From contig OZ242318.1 of assembly GCA_965208105.1 (NCBI GenBank), positions 3,200,001 through 3,264,000 on the forward strand: DNA of 64,000 bases. The letters run 5' to 3'. This stretch comes from Candidatus Latescibacterota bacterium. GTDB taxonomy: Bacteria; Latescibacterota; UBA2968; UBA8231. The translations under genes and the position numbers were made by a program. Positions 37,169-47,009 of this stretch are shown piece after piece; the first letter of the stretch is position 1, and each line of letters starts with the position of its first letter. Below the pieces are notes generated by a model. That model was given only the letters and a program-made list of their open reading frames with translations, did not search any database and had not been told where the DNA came from.

Positions 37169-38509
37169 GTGCAGATAGATCCCTCCATTTTCAAAGCCTA
37201 CGATATCCGTGGTATATATCCTGAACAACTCGACGAAGAAGCGGCCTGCGCCATAGGCCGCGCCTTTGTTGCCTTTCTGCAGGCGGATTCCGCCGTCGTG
37301 GGTCGCGACATGCGGGTTTCCAGCCCGCAGATCTTTGCTGCCCTGGCGCAAGGGCTGGCTGAGCAGGGAGCTGATGTCATCGACATTGGCATGGTCAGCA
37401 CCGACCAGTACTACTACGCATGTGCCAGGTTGGAAAAAGCAGGCCTCATGGTGACCGCTTCACACAACCCCCCAGAGTACAATGGATTCAAAATGGTCCG
37501 ACGCATGCCGTATTTACTCAGCGGTGACGATGGCATCCATGATTTGCGCCGGATCGTTGAAGAAGAGAGTTTTCCCGTGCCCTCGAGGACGGGGGAAAGA
37601 ACCCGGAAAGACCTGAGCTCGGAATTCGTCCAGTGTATTTTGGGCCTCATCGACGCGACCGAACTCAAGCCGCTCAAGGTGGTAGTCGATACAGGCAACG
37701 GCATGGTGGGGCCAATTCTCCAGCGAGTGTACGAGCATTTGCCCGTCGAACTGACGGGTATGTACCTCGAACCGGATGGCCGCGTCCCCAACCACGGACT
37801 CGACCCGTTGCAGCCTCAGAATCGCGAGGAATTGCAGCAGAGAGTAAAATCCACGGGAGCGGATGTGGGCTTCGCCTTCGATGGTGACGGCGACCGGTTT
37901 TTCGTCATCGACGACCGCGGTGAATTCGTTCCAGGCGACTTTCTCACGGCCCTGATGGGATGCTATTTGTTGGAGAAATACCCGGGAGCCAGGATTATCC
38001 ACGATGTGCGCGCGTCCTGGGCGGTGGCCGACTTGATAGGGGAGAATGGCGGAGTAGCGCTCATGGAGCGCGTCGGACATGCCTTCATGAAATCGCGAAT
38101 GGTCCAGGAAAAGGCGGCATTTGGAGGAGAGGTCACCGGTCACTATTATTTCCGTTCCTTTTTCAATGCTGATTCGGGCCTAGTGCCCTCTCTCGTTCTT
38201 CTCGAGATGCTTTCTCGCAGAGGACGGAGATTGTCCGAGTTGCTCGCTCCCCTTGAGAGCAGATATTTCATTTCGGGAGAAATCAATTCTTCGGTGGAAG
38301 ATCCCCAGGCCAAGATAGGCGCCCTGGCTGCCTTGTACGGCGATGGTGGGATCGAGTGGGTGGATGGGCTCTCGGTGAGCTATGACGACTGGCATTTCAA
38401 CGTGCGGCCATCCAATACCGAGCCTTTGCTCCGTCTCAATCTCGAAGCCATGAACAAAGGTCTGATGGAAGAGAAGCGGGAGGAAGTCCTGGCAATTATC
38501 CGCTCCTGA
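37169..38509 (+). CDS. Phosphomannomutase/phosphoglucomutase
   Basis: FKAYDIRG, TASHNP, FDGDGDR, NVRPSNTEP. Confidence 0.94.
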   Translation: MQIDPSIFKAYDIRGIYPEQLDEEAACAIGRAFVAFLQADSAVVGRDMRVSSPQIFAALAQGLAEQGADVIDIGMVSTDQYYYACARLEKAGLMVTASHNPPEYNGFKMVRRMPYLLSGDDGIHDLRRIVEEESFPVPSRTGERTRKDLSSEFVQCILGLIDATELKPLKVVVDTGNGMVGPILQRVYEHLPVELTGMYLEPDGRVPNHGLDPLQPQNREELQQRVKSTGADVGFAFDGDGDRFFVIDDRGEFVPGDFLTALMGCYLLEKYPGARIIHDVRASWAVADLIGENGGVALMERVGHAFMKSRMVQEKAAFGGEVTGHYYFRSFFNADSGLVPSLVLLEMLSRRGRRLSELLAPLESRYFISGEINSSVEDPQAKIGALAALYGDGGIEWVDGLSVSYDDWHFNVRPSNTEPLLRLNLEAMNKGLMEEKREEVLAIIRS

Positions 38510-38544
38510 GCACGGACTGGTTTTGGATGTTGAATTCTACCGGG

Positions 38545-38578
38545 AGGAAGAAGGGAGCGGGAATGCTCCCTTCTTCCT
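38545..38578. terminator. Hairpin / probable terminator after PMM/PGM
   Basis: Perfect 14-bp stem AGGAAGAAGGGAGC-GGGAAT-GCTCCCTTCTTCCT. Confidence 0.6.
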
Positions 38579-38676
38579 GTACGATACTAAAATGACTTAA
38601 GATTGGCTTGCTCTTGTTTTACGGAGGGAAGAGAAAGAGTTTTTCTGTTATGGACAAGGGATCGGGTTCTTAGCAG

Positions 38677-39927
38677 GTGAAATTTTCGCGCGGATTTTCG
38701 TGGAATCTGGCCTGTACGGGGCTGGTCACCGTTTTGGGTGTGGCCAACCAGTCACTGCTTGCTCGTGGGCTGGGGCCTGAAGGGCGGGGAAAGCTGGGGA
38801 TGCTGACTACCATAGTCATGCTGGGAGCATTGCTGTTTGGCGAGTGGTTGAGCCGGGGCAATACGTATGTGGTGGGGCGGAGAGAAGTGGGGGAGAAGGC
38901 GTTGCACAACACAGTGATTTATGGCCTCGTCCTGGGGATTTTTCTGGGTCTTGTGGCTTTGGCAGGTTCCCGGGTTTTTCCCCATTTGAGCGAGCTCCAA
39001 TTCTATCTGGTGGCCGCCCTCACGGTAGCGACTATAGTGCAAAAGGCGGGCCAGGCCATCCTCCTGGGAGAGGACCGGCTCAAACTTTATTCTCTGCTAC
39101 CGACGATTTTGATCTTTTCATACTTGGCGGGCAATCTACTGGTTCTGAAAGTGTGGAGATTGGGACTGGAGGGCGTCCTGGGAGCGTGGCTACTTGCATC
39201 TGTCCTGGTCCTGTTTGTAACGCTGGGTGTTTTACAGAAGCACGGTTCGAGTTCAGGAGGTTTCGACACCAGGATCTTTCGCCACACCGCCAGCGTCGGC
39301 AGTCGTGGGGCCACATCGGCAGTATTGATTTTTTTACTATTCCGGAGTGATATTTTTTTGGTGAACCATTTTCTAGGTCCGGAGATTCTGGGGGTGTACA
39401 TGATCGCTGTCGTCTTTGCCGAGATGATGCAGCGTCTGCCTAATATCGCGGGTGTCGTCCTCCTGCCAAAGATTATCCGGGGGCAGGACGAAGAGGACCG
39501 GCTCAGCTTGCAAGTGGCTCGGAATGTATTGTTTTTCTCTCTGGGAACTGCCGGGGGGATTCTCGTCTTTGGCCGCCCCATTATCGAGTTTTTCGCTGGT
39601 GCCGTCTATACAGGAGCATATGTGCCTCTACTATGGATGCTGCCTGGCTTGGTCTTCTCCGGCTTTGGCTCGGTTCTGAATACCAAGTTGGCCGGGCAGG
39701 GATATCCTCCAGTGACCATGTGGGCCCCCGCCCTTGCTCTTGGAATAAACGTGGTGCTGAACCTGGCGCTGATCCCGGCAATGGGATTGCGAGGAGCGGC
39801 TTTGTCGACATCGGTTGCCTACGGGATCTGGTCCTTGGTGGCGACGATCTGCTACTTTCGCCATACTAATCTCAGCTGGGCGGACTTCCTCCATTTGTAT
39901 CCATTTGGAAAAGCTGTCAAAAAGTAA
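38677..39927 (+). CDS. Wzx-type oligosaccharide flippase
   Basis: LARGLGPEGRG, RSD..LV..LG...GVY, NVVLNLALIP.MG..GAA; about 12 transmembrane segments. Confidence 0.85.
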   Translation: MKFSRGFSWNLACTGLVTVLGVANQSLLARGLGPEGRGKLGMLTTIVMLGALLFGEWLSRGNTYVVGRREVGEKALHNTVIYGLVLGIFLGLVALAGSRVFPHLSELQFYLVAALTVATIVQKAGQAILLGEDRLKLYSLLPTILIFSYLAGNLLVLKVWRLGLEGVLGAWLLASVLVLFVTLGVLQKHGSSSGGFDTRIFRHTASVGSRGATSAVLIFLLFRSDIFLVNHFLGPEILGVYMIAVVFAEMMQRLPNIAGVVLLPKIIRGQDEEDRLSLQVARNVLFFSLGTAGGILVFGRPIIEFFAGAVYTGAYVPLLWMLPGLVFSGFGSVLNTKLAGQGYPPVTMWAPALALGINVVLNLALIPAMGLRGAALSTSVAYGIWSLVATICYFRHTNLSWADFLHLYPFGKAVKK

Positions 39928-39938
39928 TCGATAGGCAT

Positions 39939-41378
39939 ATGGCCGGGTTAACTCAATTAGCGAGAGGTATTCCAAAGCTGGACCCAAGGTGGTTCGCCGC
40001 CTTTTTGGTCTTCCAGGCGGTAGTACTGGCCTCCGTCGTCCTGGTTCCTAACAAGATTCTAATAATGGTCGCCGCAGGCATCGGCGGCGGGGTCCTTGTG
40101 ACCTTGCTCGTGCTATACCCTTGGATATTGGTGCCGGCCATTGTGACGACCACGGCTCTGGATATCACCGGGCGGTTGCTGAAAACTACAATTATCGGCG
40201 TCCCCTTGACTGGTTTCCACCTGATTTTGGCGTTGATGGTGATTGTCCTTCCCATCAATATTTTTCTGCGTCGGCGCATGGAATTCCCGGGTTTCGAGTT
40301 GAAGGCTCCTCTGTTGATGCTCCTTGGGGTGATGGCCATTTCTCTGACTTACTCGCCGAATCAGCCCGAAGCTACAATTCACTTCGTCCGCATGGTGGTG
40401 CTGGTTTTCTTTATGTACCTCACCCAGGTAATGATCGACTCTCGCCGATCCGTCAACATGGTGATCTGTTCCTTGGTATTAGCCGTACCCGTTGGAGCCA
40501 TAATGGGAGCTTGGCAGGTAGCGACGGGCCAATTTCACTTGCCGGCCGCCATGGTGCATGCCCTAGGCGCCAACGTTCCCAGGGCTACGGGCACCTTTGA
40601 CAATCCCAATATCTTCGGCATTTTCATGGTAAGCTGTATAATTCCACTGCTGAGCATTATACTGAACTATCGAATGAAGTGGTGGATGCGGATCCTCTTT
40701 GGCTTGGTCTGCCTACTAGGCCTTGTAGGGATATTGGCTACGTTCAGCCGCTCCAGCTGGGTATCCGCGATGGTGGGAATTTTGACGGTGTTGTGGCTGA
40801 GCAAAAAGCTGCGCTACCTCTTTATCCTTGCTTTTTCGTTTATCTTAATCGGGCTGGCTCTCAAAGAATTTGTTCCCATTGCCGCGTATGTTTTTGACCG
40901 TTTTACAACCATTTTTACCATTTTTGAAGAATTCGGGTCCATTGCCCGAACATCAAGTACAGCCCGTGTCTACTTGGTAATGAGCTCCTATGAGATGTTC
41001 CTGGACCATCCGATCCTCGGCATTGGATGGCGGGGTTTCCCTGTGCTGCTTTCCGAGTACGCGCCCCCGGGATACCCCTGGTGGAGTTTGGTCAACGAAT
41101 CCCATACGGTGCTCGCCGCCATAATGGCAGAATTGGGTATCGTCGGGCTGTTGGCGGCACTCTGGTTCATCTGCCGCACATTGCGGTTGGGGATGAAAGG
41201 AATCGGGGGGACGCAGGATCCATACCTTCGCGCCGTGGTGATCGGACTAGTGGCCGTGTTTGTCTCCTTCCAGGTCAACCAGTCGCTTAACGGCGATTTT
41301 GCCAACAATCTCTTCTGGTTCTTTACTGGCATGCTCTTCGCGGTTATTCGCCTGGATAAAGAGACCGAAGCCAAGTGA
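39939..41378 (+). CDS. O-antigen ligase / Wzy-like polymerase
   Basis: RATGTFDNPN, TFSRSSW, HPILGIG, SH...AELGIVG. Confidence 0.82.
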   Translation: MAGLTQLARGIPKLDPRWFAAFLVFQAVVLASVVLVPNKILIMVAAGIGGGVLVTLLVLYPWILVPAIVTTTALDITGRLLKTTIIGVPLTGFHLILALMVIVLPINIFLRRRMEFPGFELKAPLLMLLGVMAISLTYSPNQPEATIHFVRMVVLVFFMYLTQVMIDSRRSVNMVICSLVLAVPVGAIMGAWQVATGQFHLPAAMVHALGANVPRATGTFDNPNIFGIFMVSCIIPLLSIILNYRMKWWMRILFGLVCLLGLVGILATFSRSSWVSAMVGILTVLWLSKKLRYLFILAFSFILIGLALKEFVPIAAYVFDRFTTIFTIFEEFGSIARTSSTARVYLVMSSYEMFLDHPILGIGWRGFPVLLSEYAPPGYPWWSLVNESHTVLAAIMAELGIVGLLAALWFICRTLRLGMKGIGGTQDPYLRAVVIGLVAVFVSFQVNQSLNGDFANNLFWFFTGMLFAVIRLDKETEAK

Positions 41379-42550
41379 GAGTTCTGGTCGCTTCGCACCT
41401 CTACCCCAGTTCCCTATCTCTGACGTCCGGTAGTTTCGTCCACAATCAGGTGCGTTTCCTCCGGGCCCATTGCAATATCAGGGTGATTTCGCCCACGCCG
41501 TGGTTTCCCCCATTGCCGGGATTTGGCCGTTGGAGCAGCTATGGCAGAATCAGGCGCCAAGAAGTCCTGGACAGGGTGGAAGTAAACCGGCCACCTTATC
41601 TGGCTCTACCGCGCCGGATGCTGTTTGCCCACAACTGGCGTTCATATTTGGCGGCTTTGCACCGGGACAATTCTGGACCTCCCGATCTCATTCACGCTCA
41701 CTGCGCTTATCCAGACGGACTGGCAGCTGTGGAGTACGGCCGCCGTCTGGGCCTGCCCGCTGTCATTACGGTGCATGGACACGACATCAAGGAGCTTCCC
41801 GGCATTAGATCGCACTGGCGCAGCCTGGTGGTTCGGGCTTTGGAGCAGGCCGCAGTTGTAATAGCGAACGGCAGAGATTTGCGTGAGCGGGTACTTGATC
41901 TGGGAATACCCTCGCACAAGGTGGAAACCATACCTAACGGGGTGGATTGTCAGGTGTTCTGCAACGATTTCGCCCGTCAGCCCGGAGCGGGGGGCTGGCG
42001 ATTGCTATACGTGGGACGCATTGATCCCCGAAAAGGGATTGGCGAACTGCTCGAAGCAATGGCGGTTTTGCGGAGCAAACGCGATGATGTGCGCCTCAAG
42101 CTCATAGGTGGCAACCCGGCTGGTGGATTGCCGGATAGGTTTCGGCGGCAGATGGAAAAACTTGGATTGCAGGGTTGTGCCGAGTTCCTCGAGGAGGTGC
42201 CCTGGGACCAGGTCCCGCAACACATGGCCGCTGCCGACGTATTCGTGCTGCCCAGCCTGTACGAGAGCTTCGGGGTGGTCCTGGTCGAAGCCATGGCTTG
42301 TGGTCTGCCTCTCGTGGCCACGCGTTGCGGTGGTCCGTCAGAAATCGTCGAAGAGGGGACCGGACGGTTGGTAGAGGTGGCGGACGTCAAAGGATTGGCA
42401 GAGGCTCTGGATGAGGTGATACGAGACCACAGGAGCTTTGATCGAATGGCCATCCGCCGTAGCGCCGAAGAAAAATACGACTACCGTCAAGTAGCTGCGC
42501 GTATCCACCAGGTTTACGAAGAAGCCCTGGCCGGTTATTCGGGAGGTTGA
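41375..42550 (+). CDS. Glycosyltransferase family 4
   Basis: IHAH, TVHGHD, IPNGVD, ESFGVVLVEAMACG. Confidence 0.92.
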   Translation: MRVLVASHLYPSSLSLTSGSFVHNQVRFLRAHCNIRVISPTPWFPPLPGFGRWSSYGRIRRQEVLDRVEVNRPPYLALPRRMLFAHNWRSYLAALHRDNSGPPDLIHAHCAYPDGLAAVEYGRRLGLPAVITVHGHDIKELPGIRSHWRSLVVRALEQAAVVIANGRDLRERVLDLGIPSHKVETIPNGVDCQVFCNDFARQPGAGGWRLLYVGRIDPRKGIGELLEAMAVLRSKRDDVRLKLIGGNPAGGLPDRFRRQMEKLGLQGCAEFLEEVPWDQVPQHMAAADVFVLPSLYESFGVVLVEAMACGLPLVATRCGGPSEIVEEGTGRLVEVADVKGLAEALDEVIRDHRSFDRMAIRRSAEEKYDYRQVAARIHQVYEEALAGYSGG

Positions 42551-43689
42551 TTCTCTTTCAGCAATTCTCGGTAAAATTTCACCAATTTCCTCCCCTGGGA
42601 ATCCCAGTTGTATTTGCGGATTACGGCCGCCCGGCCCCGGTCTCCCATTTCCTGCCGCAAAGTACCGTTCTCCAGCAACTGCACCACTGCCTGCACGACC
42701 GCTTCCTGATTCAGAGGGTCAACGAGGAAACCACACTCCGCATCCTGGACAATTTCCCGCCAGAGGGGAAAATCGGAGACTACCACCGGTTTGCCCATAA
42801 TCATATACTCGAACAATTTTGTAGGCAGTGAGTAGAGGTAGTTCGGATCGGGGTGCAGTAGAACCAGCCCGATGTCGGCGTTCAGAATCTGATTGTGCAC
42901 TTCAAGATGGGAAACCGGGCCGAGGATCTCTACATTTTCATCAATGCCGTATTGGGCAATCAGTTCCCGCGCATGTTCCTTTTCGACGATTGAGCCGAAT
43001 GGTCCCACCAGGCGCAATAGAAGGTCGGGTTGGGCACCCTTGAGCCGGTGGATCAATCCAAGCATTTCGTAAAGCCCCCTGAGGGAGGTGATGCTACCGC
43101 AGTATATCAGAACAGGTCCGCGCCGGCTCTCGGGTCGAGCAGCATGGTAGAGGTGGGAATAGTTTGTGAGAGGATAGTTCAGTACGGTGAGCGTGTTTTT
43201 CCCTGGATAGTACTTTTCGTAGGCGCAATCCGCCAGAGTAAGGCCGTCGATAAAGCGCAGAGAAATGAACTCGAGCAGGGAATAAAGGCGGGCAACCAAG
43301 GGGCGGAGTGGTGCAGGCAGCCATTCTTTGTTGTGGATTGAAATTGGTACGTCTTCGTGGACGTCGTAGATTACCTTGCATTCGGCAAGCAGCTTGAGCA
43401 GGACCCCGGCGGGGAGTAGTTCGGGGTCGTGAAAGGCGTAGATTCTTGCCTTCTGGCGCAGTGCCAGGTTCAATGTGGACAGTATCCGCACCAATCTGTG
43501 GAGTCGATTCCTCGGTCTTGGTACGGATATGATGTGAATGCCTTTTGCCCCGGCCTGGCCGGGCTCGTCAAGCGCAATGACCGTCACGCGAAAGCCGGCC
43601 TGAGCCAAGGTAAGGGCCTGCTTCCTGACCACGCGTACATCGGAAATGGAATGGACCGTGCTGAGAATGCAGATCCGGTCGGACGCCAT
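42535..43689 (-). CDS. Glycosyltransferase family 4
   Basis: STVH..DVR, FHDPELL, YDVHED, PTKLFEYM. Confidence 0.9.
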   Translation of the reverse strand: MASDRICILSTVHSISDVRVVRKQALTLAQAGFRVTVIALDEPGQAGAKGIHIISVPRPRNRLHRLVRILSTLNLALRQKARIYAFHDPELLPAGVLLKLLAECKVIYDVHEDVPISIHNKEWLPAPLRPLVARLYSLLEFISLRFIDGLTLADCAYEKYYPGKNTLTVLNYPLTNYSHLYHAARPESRRGPVLIYCGSITSLRGLYEMLGLIHRLKGAQPDLLLRLVGPFGSIVEKEHARELIAQYGIDENVEILGPVSHLEVHNQILNADIGLVLLHPDPNYLYSLPTKLFEYMIMGKPVVVSDFPLWREIVQDAECGFLVDPLNQEAVVQAVVQLLENGTLRQEMGDRGRAAVIRKYNWDSQGRKLVKFYRELLKENQPPE

Positions 43690-43808
43690 CAGGACTCCCG
43701 GGAGTTGGCGGCGGAGTAGACCGGGTGGAGGAGTGGCATCTTGACCTTCCGAGCTTCCGGGGGATTTCCGGGGATTAATCCATTGGTCGGACATGCTCCC
43801 CCATAATC

Positions 43809-43837
43809 TTGACATATTTCAGGGGCTCGGTTATTGT
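43809..43837 (+). promoter_or_regulatory. Sigma70-type promoter upstream of the carbamoyltransferase
   Basis: TTGACA, 17-bp spacer, TATTGT. Confidence 0.55.
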
Positions 43838-43905
43838 GTAAACTTTGAAACCTGCTGTCAATAAAACACTTGAAATACAATCCTTCAGAATCGGGGAAGA
43901 TAGTT

Positions 43906-45621
43906 GTGGCAGCGTACCTGGGTCTTTTTGACGGCCACAATGCGGCCGCGTCCCTATTCTTCAACGGCCGCATCCAGAAAGCCGTTCAGGAAGAACGGCT
44001 CACGGGAATAAAGGATTTCTATGGTCCTCCTGAAAAGTCAGTACGGGAGGTCATGTCGTTGACGGGTTTACACCCGTCCGATGTAGACCGGGTTTGTGTC
44101 GCCTCTAAATACGTTTCACTTCCACGTCCGCCAAAATCTGCAAAGGCCGCATTTGACAACCGCTACCATCGCAATCTTCGCCAGCAGGCCTTGCGCACGC
44201 TTGCCTCGACAGGAACCTACAGAAATTTCAGGGCAAGGCAGCGGATGCAACAAAGAGCGGCCCTGGTAGAGGATTGGGGATTCAGCCGGGACAGGGTGGA
44301 ATTTTTCGATCATCATCAAACCCACGCCGCCAGCGCTTATTTCGGATTGAGAAAAGACGACAGCCCCTACCTGGTTTTGACCCTTGATGGGGGTGGAGAC
44401 CGCCTATCGGGATCAGTGTGGGTCGGGGCCAGCGGTGAGTTGAAAAAGATCGCGATGATTCCCCAGGAGGACAGCCTTGGCGAAATCTATGCCGTTACCA
44501 CCCACCTGCTGGGATTCATGCCTCTGGAACACGAATATAAGTTGATGGGCATGGCGCCCTATGCGTCGGAAGAGCATGCAAAGAGTGTAGCGGGAATCTT
44601 CCGCACATACCTCGACCTGGATGAGAAGAATCCCTTGCGATTCAAGAGAAAGGTCCCCGAGCCGCTCGCATGGATAGGGCCGCGCCTGCAGAGAGATCTC
44701 AAGCGCATGCGCTTTGACAGCATTTGTGCCGGCCTCCAACTGTTTACGGAAAATGCGATTGTAAGGTGGGTCCGCGCTTGTATCGATAAGACGGAAATAA
44801 GGCGGATTTTAGCTGCAGGTGGAGTGTTCATGAACGTGAAGGCCAACAAGGCTATTTCCGAATTGGACGGGGTCGAGTATTTCGAGGCCTTCCCTTCCAG
44901 CGGGGACGAGTCTTTGGTTTTCGGTACGTGCTATTTGGCGGCGCGATCCAATGGAGAAGAGGTGTTGCCGCTGGAGCACTGCTACCTGGGCAACGATCTG
45001 ACAGAGGATGAATGCAGGAAGGCCCTGAGTAACTTCAATGAGTTCGAGATAGAAGAACCTGGGGACATGGGATTGAGGATCGCGGAGATGTTGGCATCCG
45101 GAGAAATTGTTGCAAGAGCTTCGGGCCCTATGGAATTCGGCGCAAGGGCTCTCGGCAACCGTTCCATACTGGCCGACCCCATCAATCAGGACGTTGTGAG
45201 AATCATTAACAGGATGATAAAAAACAGGGATTTCTGGATGCCATTTGCTCCCGTTGTCATGCGCCGGGAGTCTTCGCAATATTTTGCAAATCCCAAGAGC
45301 CTGCCTTCGCCGTATATGATGAATACATTCAGTTCCACTGACAAAAGAGATGAATTTATGGCTGCCGTCCACAACGCAGACCTGACGGCCCGACCGCAGC
45401 TTTTGGAGCAGGGGCAGAACGGTGCATACGAAGAAATACTGCATCATTTTGGCAGGATGACCGGCCGACACGTCTTGTTGAATACCTCCTTCAATCTGCA
45501 TGGTTATCCGGTCGTGTGCAGGGCGGCCGATGCCCTCCACGTGATGCTCAACTCGGGGCTCAACAATCTTGCCCTGGGCCCTTACCTTGTTACGAAAAGA
45601 AAAAAAGAAGGAATCAAGTAG
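43906..45621 (+). CDS. NodU/CmcH-family O-carbamoyltransferase (start uncertain, ORF open from 43870)
   Basis: GHNAAA, EERL, HHQTHA, DGGGD, EYKLMG, GGVFMNVK, EFGARALGNRS, NTSFNLHG. Confidence 0.92.
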   Translation: MAAYLGLFDGHNAAASLFFNGRIQKAVQEERLTGIKDFYGPPEKSVREVMSLTGLHPSDVDRVCVASKYVSLPRPPKSAKAAFDNRYHRNLRQQALRTLASTGTYRNFRARQRMQQRAALVEDWGFSRDRVEFFDHHQTHAASAYFGLRKDDSPYLVLTLDGGGDRLSGSVWVGASGELKKIAMIPQEDSLGEIYAVTTHLLGFMPLEHEYKLMGMAPYASEEHAKSVAGIFRTYLDLDEKNPLRFKRKVPEPLAWIGPRLQRDLKRMRFDSICAGLQLFTENAIVRWVRACIDKTEIRRILAAGGVFMNVKANKAISELDGVEYFEAFPSSGDESLVFGTCYLAARSNGEEVLPLEHCYLGNDLTEDECRKALSNFNEFEIEEPGDMGLRIAEMLASGEIVARASGPMEFGARALGNRSILADPINQDVVRIINRMIKNRDFWMPFAPVVMRRESSQYFANPKSLPSPYMMNTFSSTDKRDEFMAAVHNADLTARPQLLEQGQNGAYEEILHHFGRMTGRHVLLNTSFNLHGYPVVCRAADALHVMLNSGLNNLALGPYLVTKRKKEGIK

Positions 45622-45860
45622 AGAGATACCGGGTTTTCCTGTACGGCTTCTCCTGCCCTTTGCAGGTTCGCAAATTTGCCCCCTCCATACAGGCGGGCCT
45701 TCTTTCTCTGGCGTCCCGTTCGGAGAATTCGCGGGTTCTTTTCCGGCCCGGGTTTTGGGGATATCGAATCCGGTCAGGGCCTCCCTCCCAGTGATCCTCT
45801 GGCAAATCTTCAGGTACGAGACCTATGCACTATGATCCTTCAGAATGTGGGCAAGGTTGC

Positions 45861-47006
45861 TTGCTGAGCCTTTTGCTCTGGGCCTCGGTCCTGGTGATTG
45901 GCTATTCTTACCTGATTTATCCCGGGCTTCTTTGGATCATGACCCTTCGCAAGCGTCCTCCGACCTACGCCGAGTTTGTCGAGTGGCCAACGGTCTCCTT
46001 GATTCTCGCGGCCCGCAACGAAGCAGCTGTTATCAAGGAGAAAATTGAGAATTCGTTAGCTCTTGATTACCCCAGGGACAAACTGCAGGTAATCGTGGTG
46101 TCGGATTGTTCAACGGATGGCACGGACGAAATCGTCAGTGGTTTCGAGGAAAGGGGAATTGAGCTGTGCCGCATGGATGCCCAATCGGGCAAGACTACTG
46201 CCCAGAATGCGGGGGTAAGGATGGCATCCGGTGAAATTTTGGTTTTCTCAGATGCCAACAGTATGTACGCGGTCGATGCATTGCGGGAATTGCTGCGTCC
46301 ATTAAGCGACCCGGAGGTGGGTTGTGTTTGCGGAGAATTGCGCTACCTGAATCCGGAGGACCAGGGGGCTGGGAAGGGGGAGGGGATGTACTGGCGCTAT
46401 GAGCAATTTCTGAAATGCCGAGAGAGTCTGTTGTGTTCCACCTTGGGCGCCAATGGTTCGATTTACGCCCTTCGCCGCGGGTTGTTCGAAGAACTGGGAT
46501 CGGACATAATAAGTGACTTCATCATGCCGGTCCGCGTTTGGCGCCGGGGATATAAAGTAGTTTACGCACCTGGGGCCATAGCCACCGAGAAAACCGGAAC
46601 CAGTTTCCAGGACGAGTTCAGGCGGCGAAAACGCATCGTCTCGCGTAGCGCACACAGCCTGTGGACGGAGGCGGAGATTCTCAATCCATTGAGCAATGGA
46701 ATCTTTGCAGTTCAAATGATTTCTCACAAGGTTCTGCGTTGGCTGGTTCCAGTTTTTCTGATAGCAATTCTTGTCTGCAATGTTTTTTTGGCAGGCAGCA
46801 GGCCGTACAACCTTCTCCTGATTTTCCAATTGGCCTTCTATGGATTGGCTGTACTGGGAAATTTGGAACAGAGATTTCTGGGGCGGCGCATGTTGGTGTA
46901 TTTGCCAGCCTACTTCTGCGCCACGAATTTTGGCGCTCTACTTGGTCTGTGGAGTTTCCTGACCAGGCGCAAGCACACTGTGTGGCAGCCAAAGAGGCGC
47001 GGTTGA
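45861..47006 (+). CDS. Glycosyltransferase family 2 (start uncertain, ORF open from 45825)
   Basis: AARNEA, SDCSTD, GK, FSDAN, GANG, SDF, RRKRI. Confidence 0.88.
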   Translation: MLSLLLWASVLVIGYSYLIYPGLLWIMTLRKRPPTYAEFVEWPTVSLILAARNEAAVIKEKIENSLALDYPRDKLQVIVVSDCSTDGTDEIVSGFEERGIELCRMDAQSGKTTAQNAGVRMASGEILVFSDANSMYAVDALRELLRPLSDPEVGCVCGELRYLNPEDQGAGKGEGMYWRYEQFLKCRESLLCSTLGANGSIYALRRGLFEELGSDIISDFIMPVRVWRRGYKVVYAPGAIATEKTGTSFQDEFRRRKRIVSRSAHSLWTEAEILNPLSNGIFAVQMISHKVLRWLVPVFLIAILVCNVFLAGSRPYNLLLIFQLAFYGLAVLGNLEQRFLGRRMLVYLPAYFCATNFGALLGLWSFLTRRKHTVWQPKRRG

Positions 47007-47009
47007 GCC

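Noticed and set aside
45622-45824. Riboswitch or ncRNA in the 200-bp intergenic gap
   Set aside because: No recognisable conserved motif or convincing structure by eye; an Rfam search would be needed
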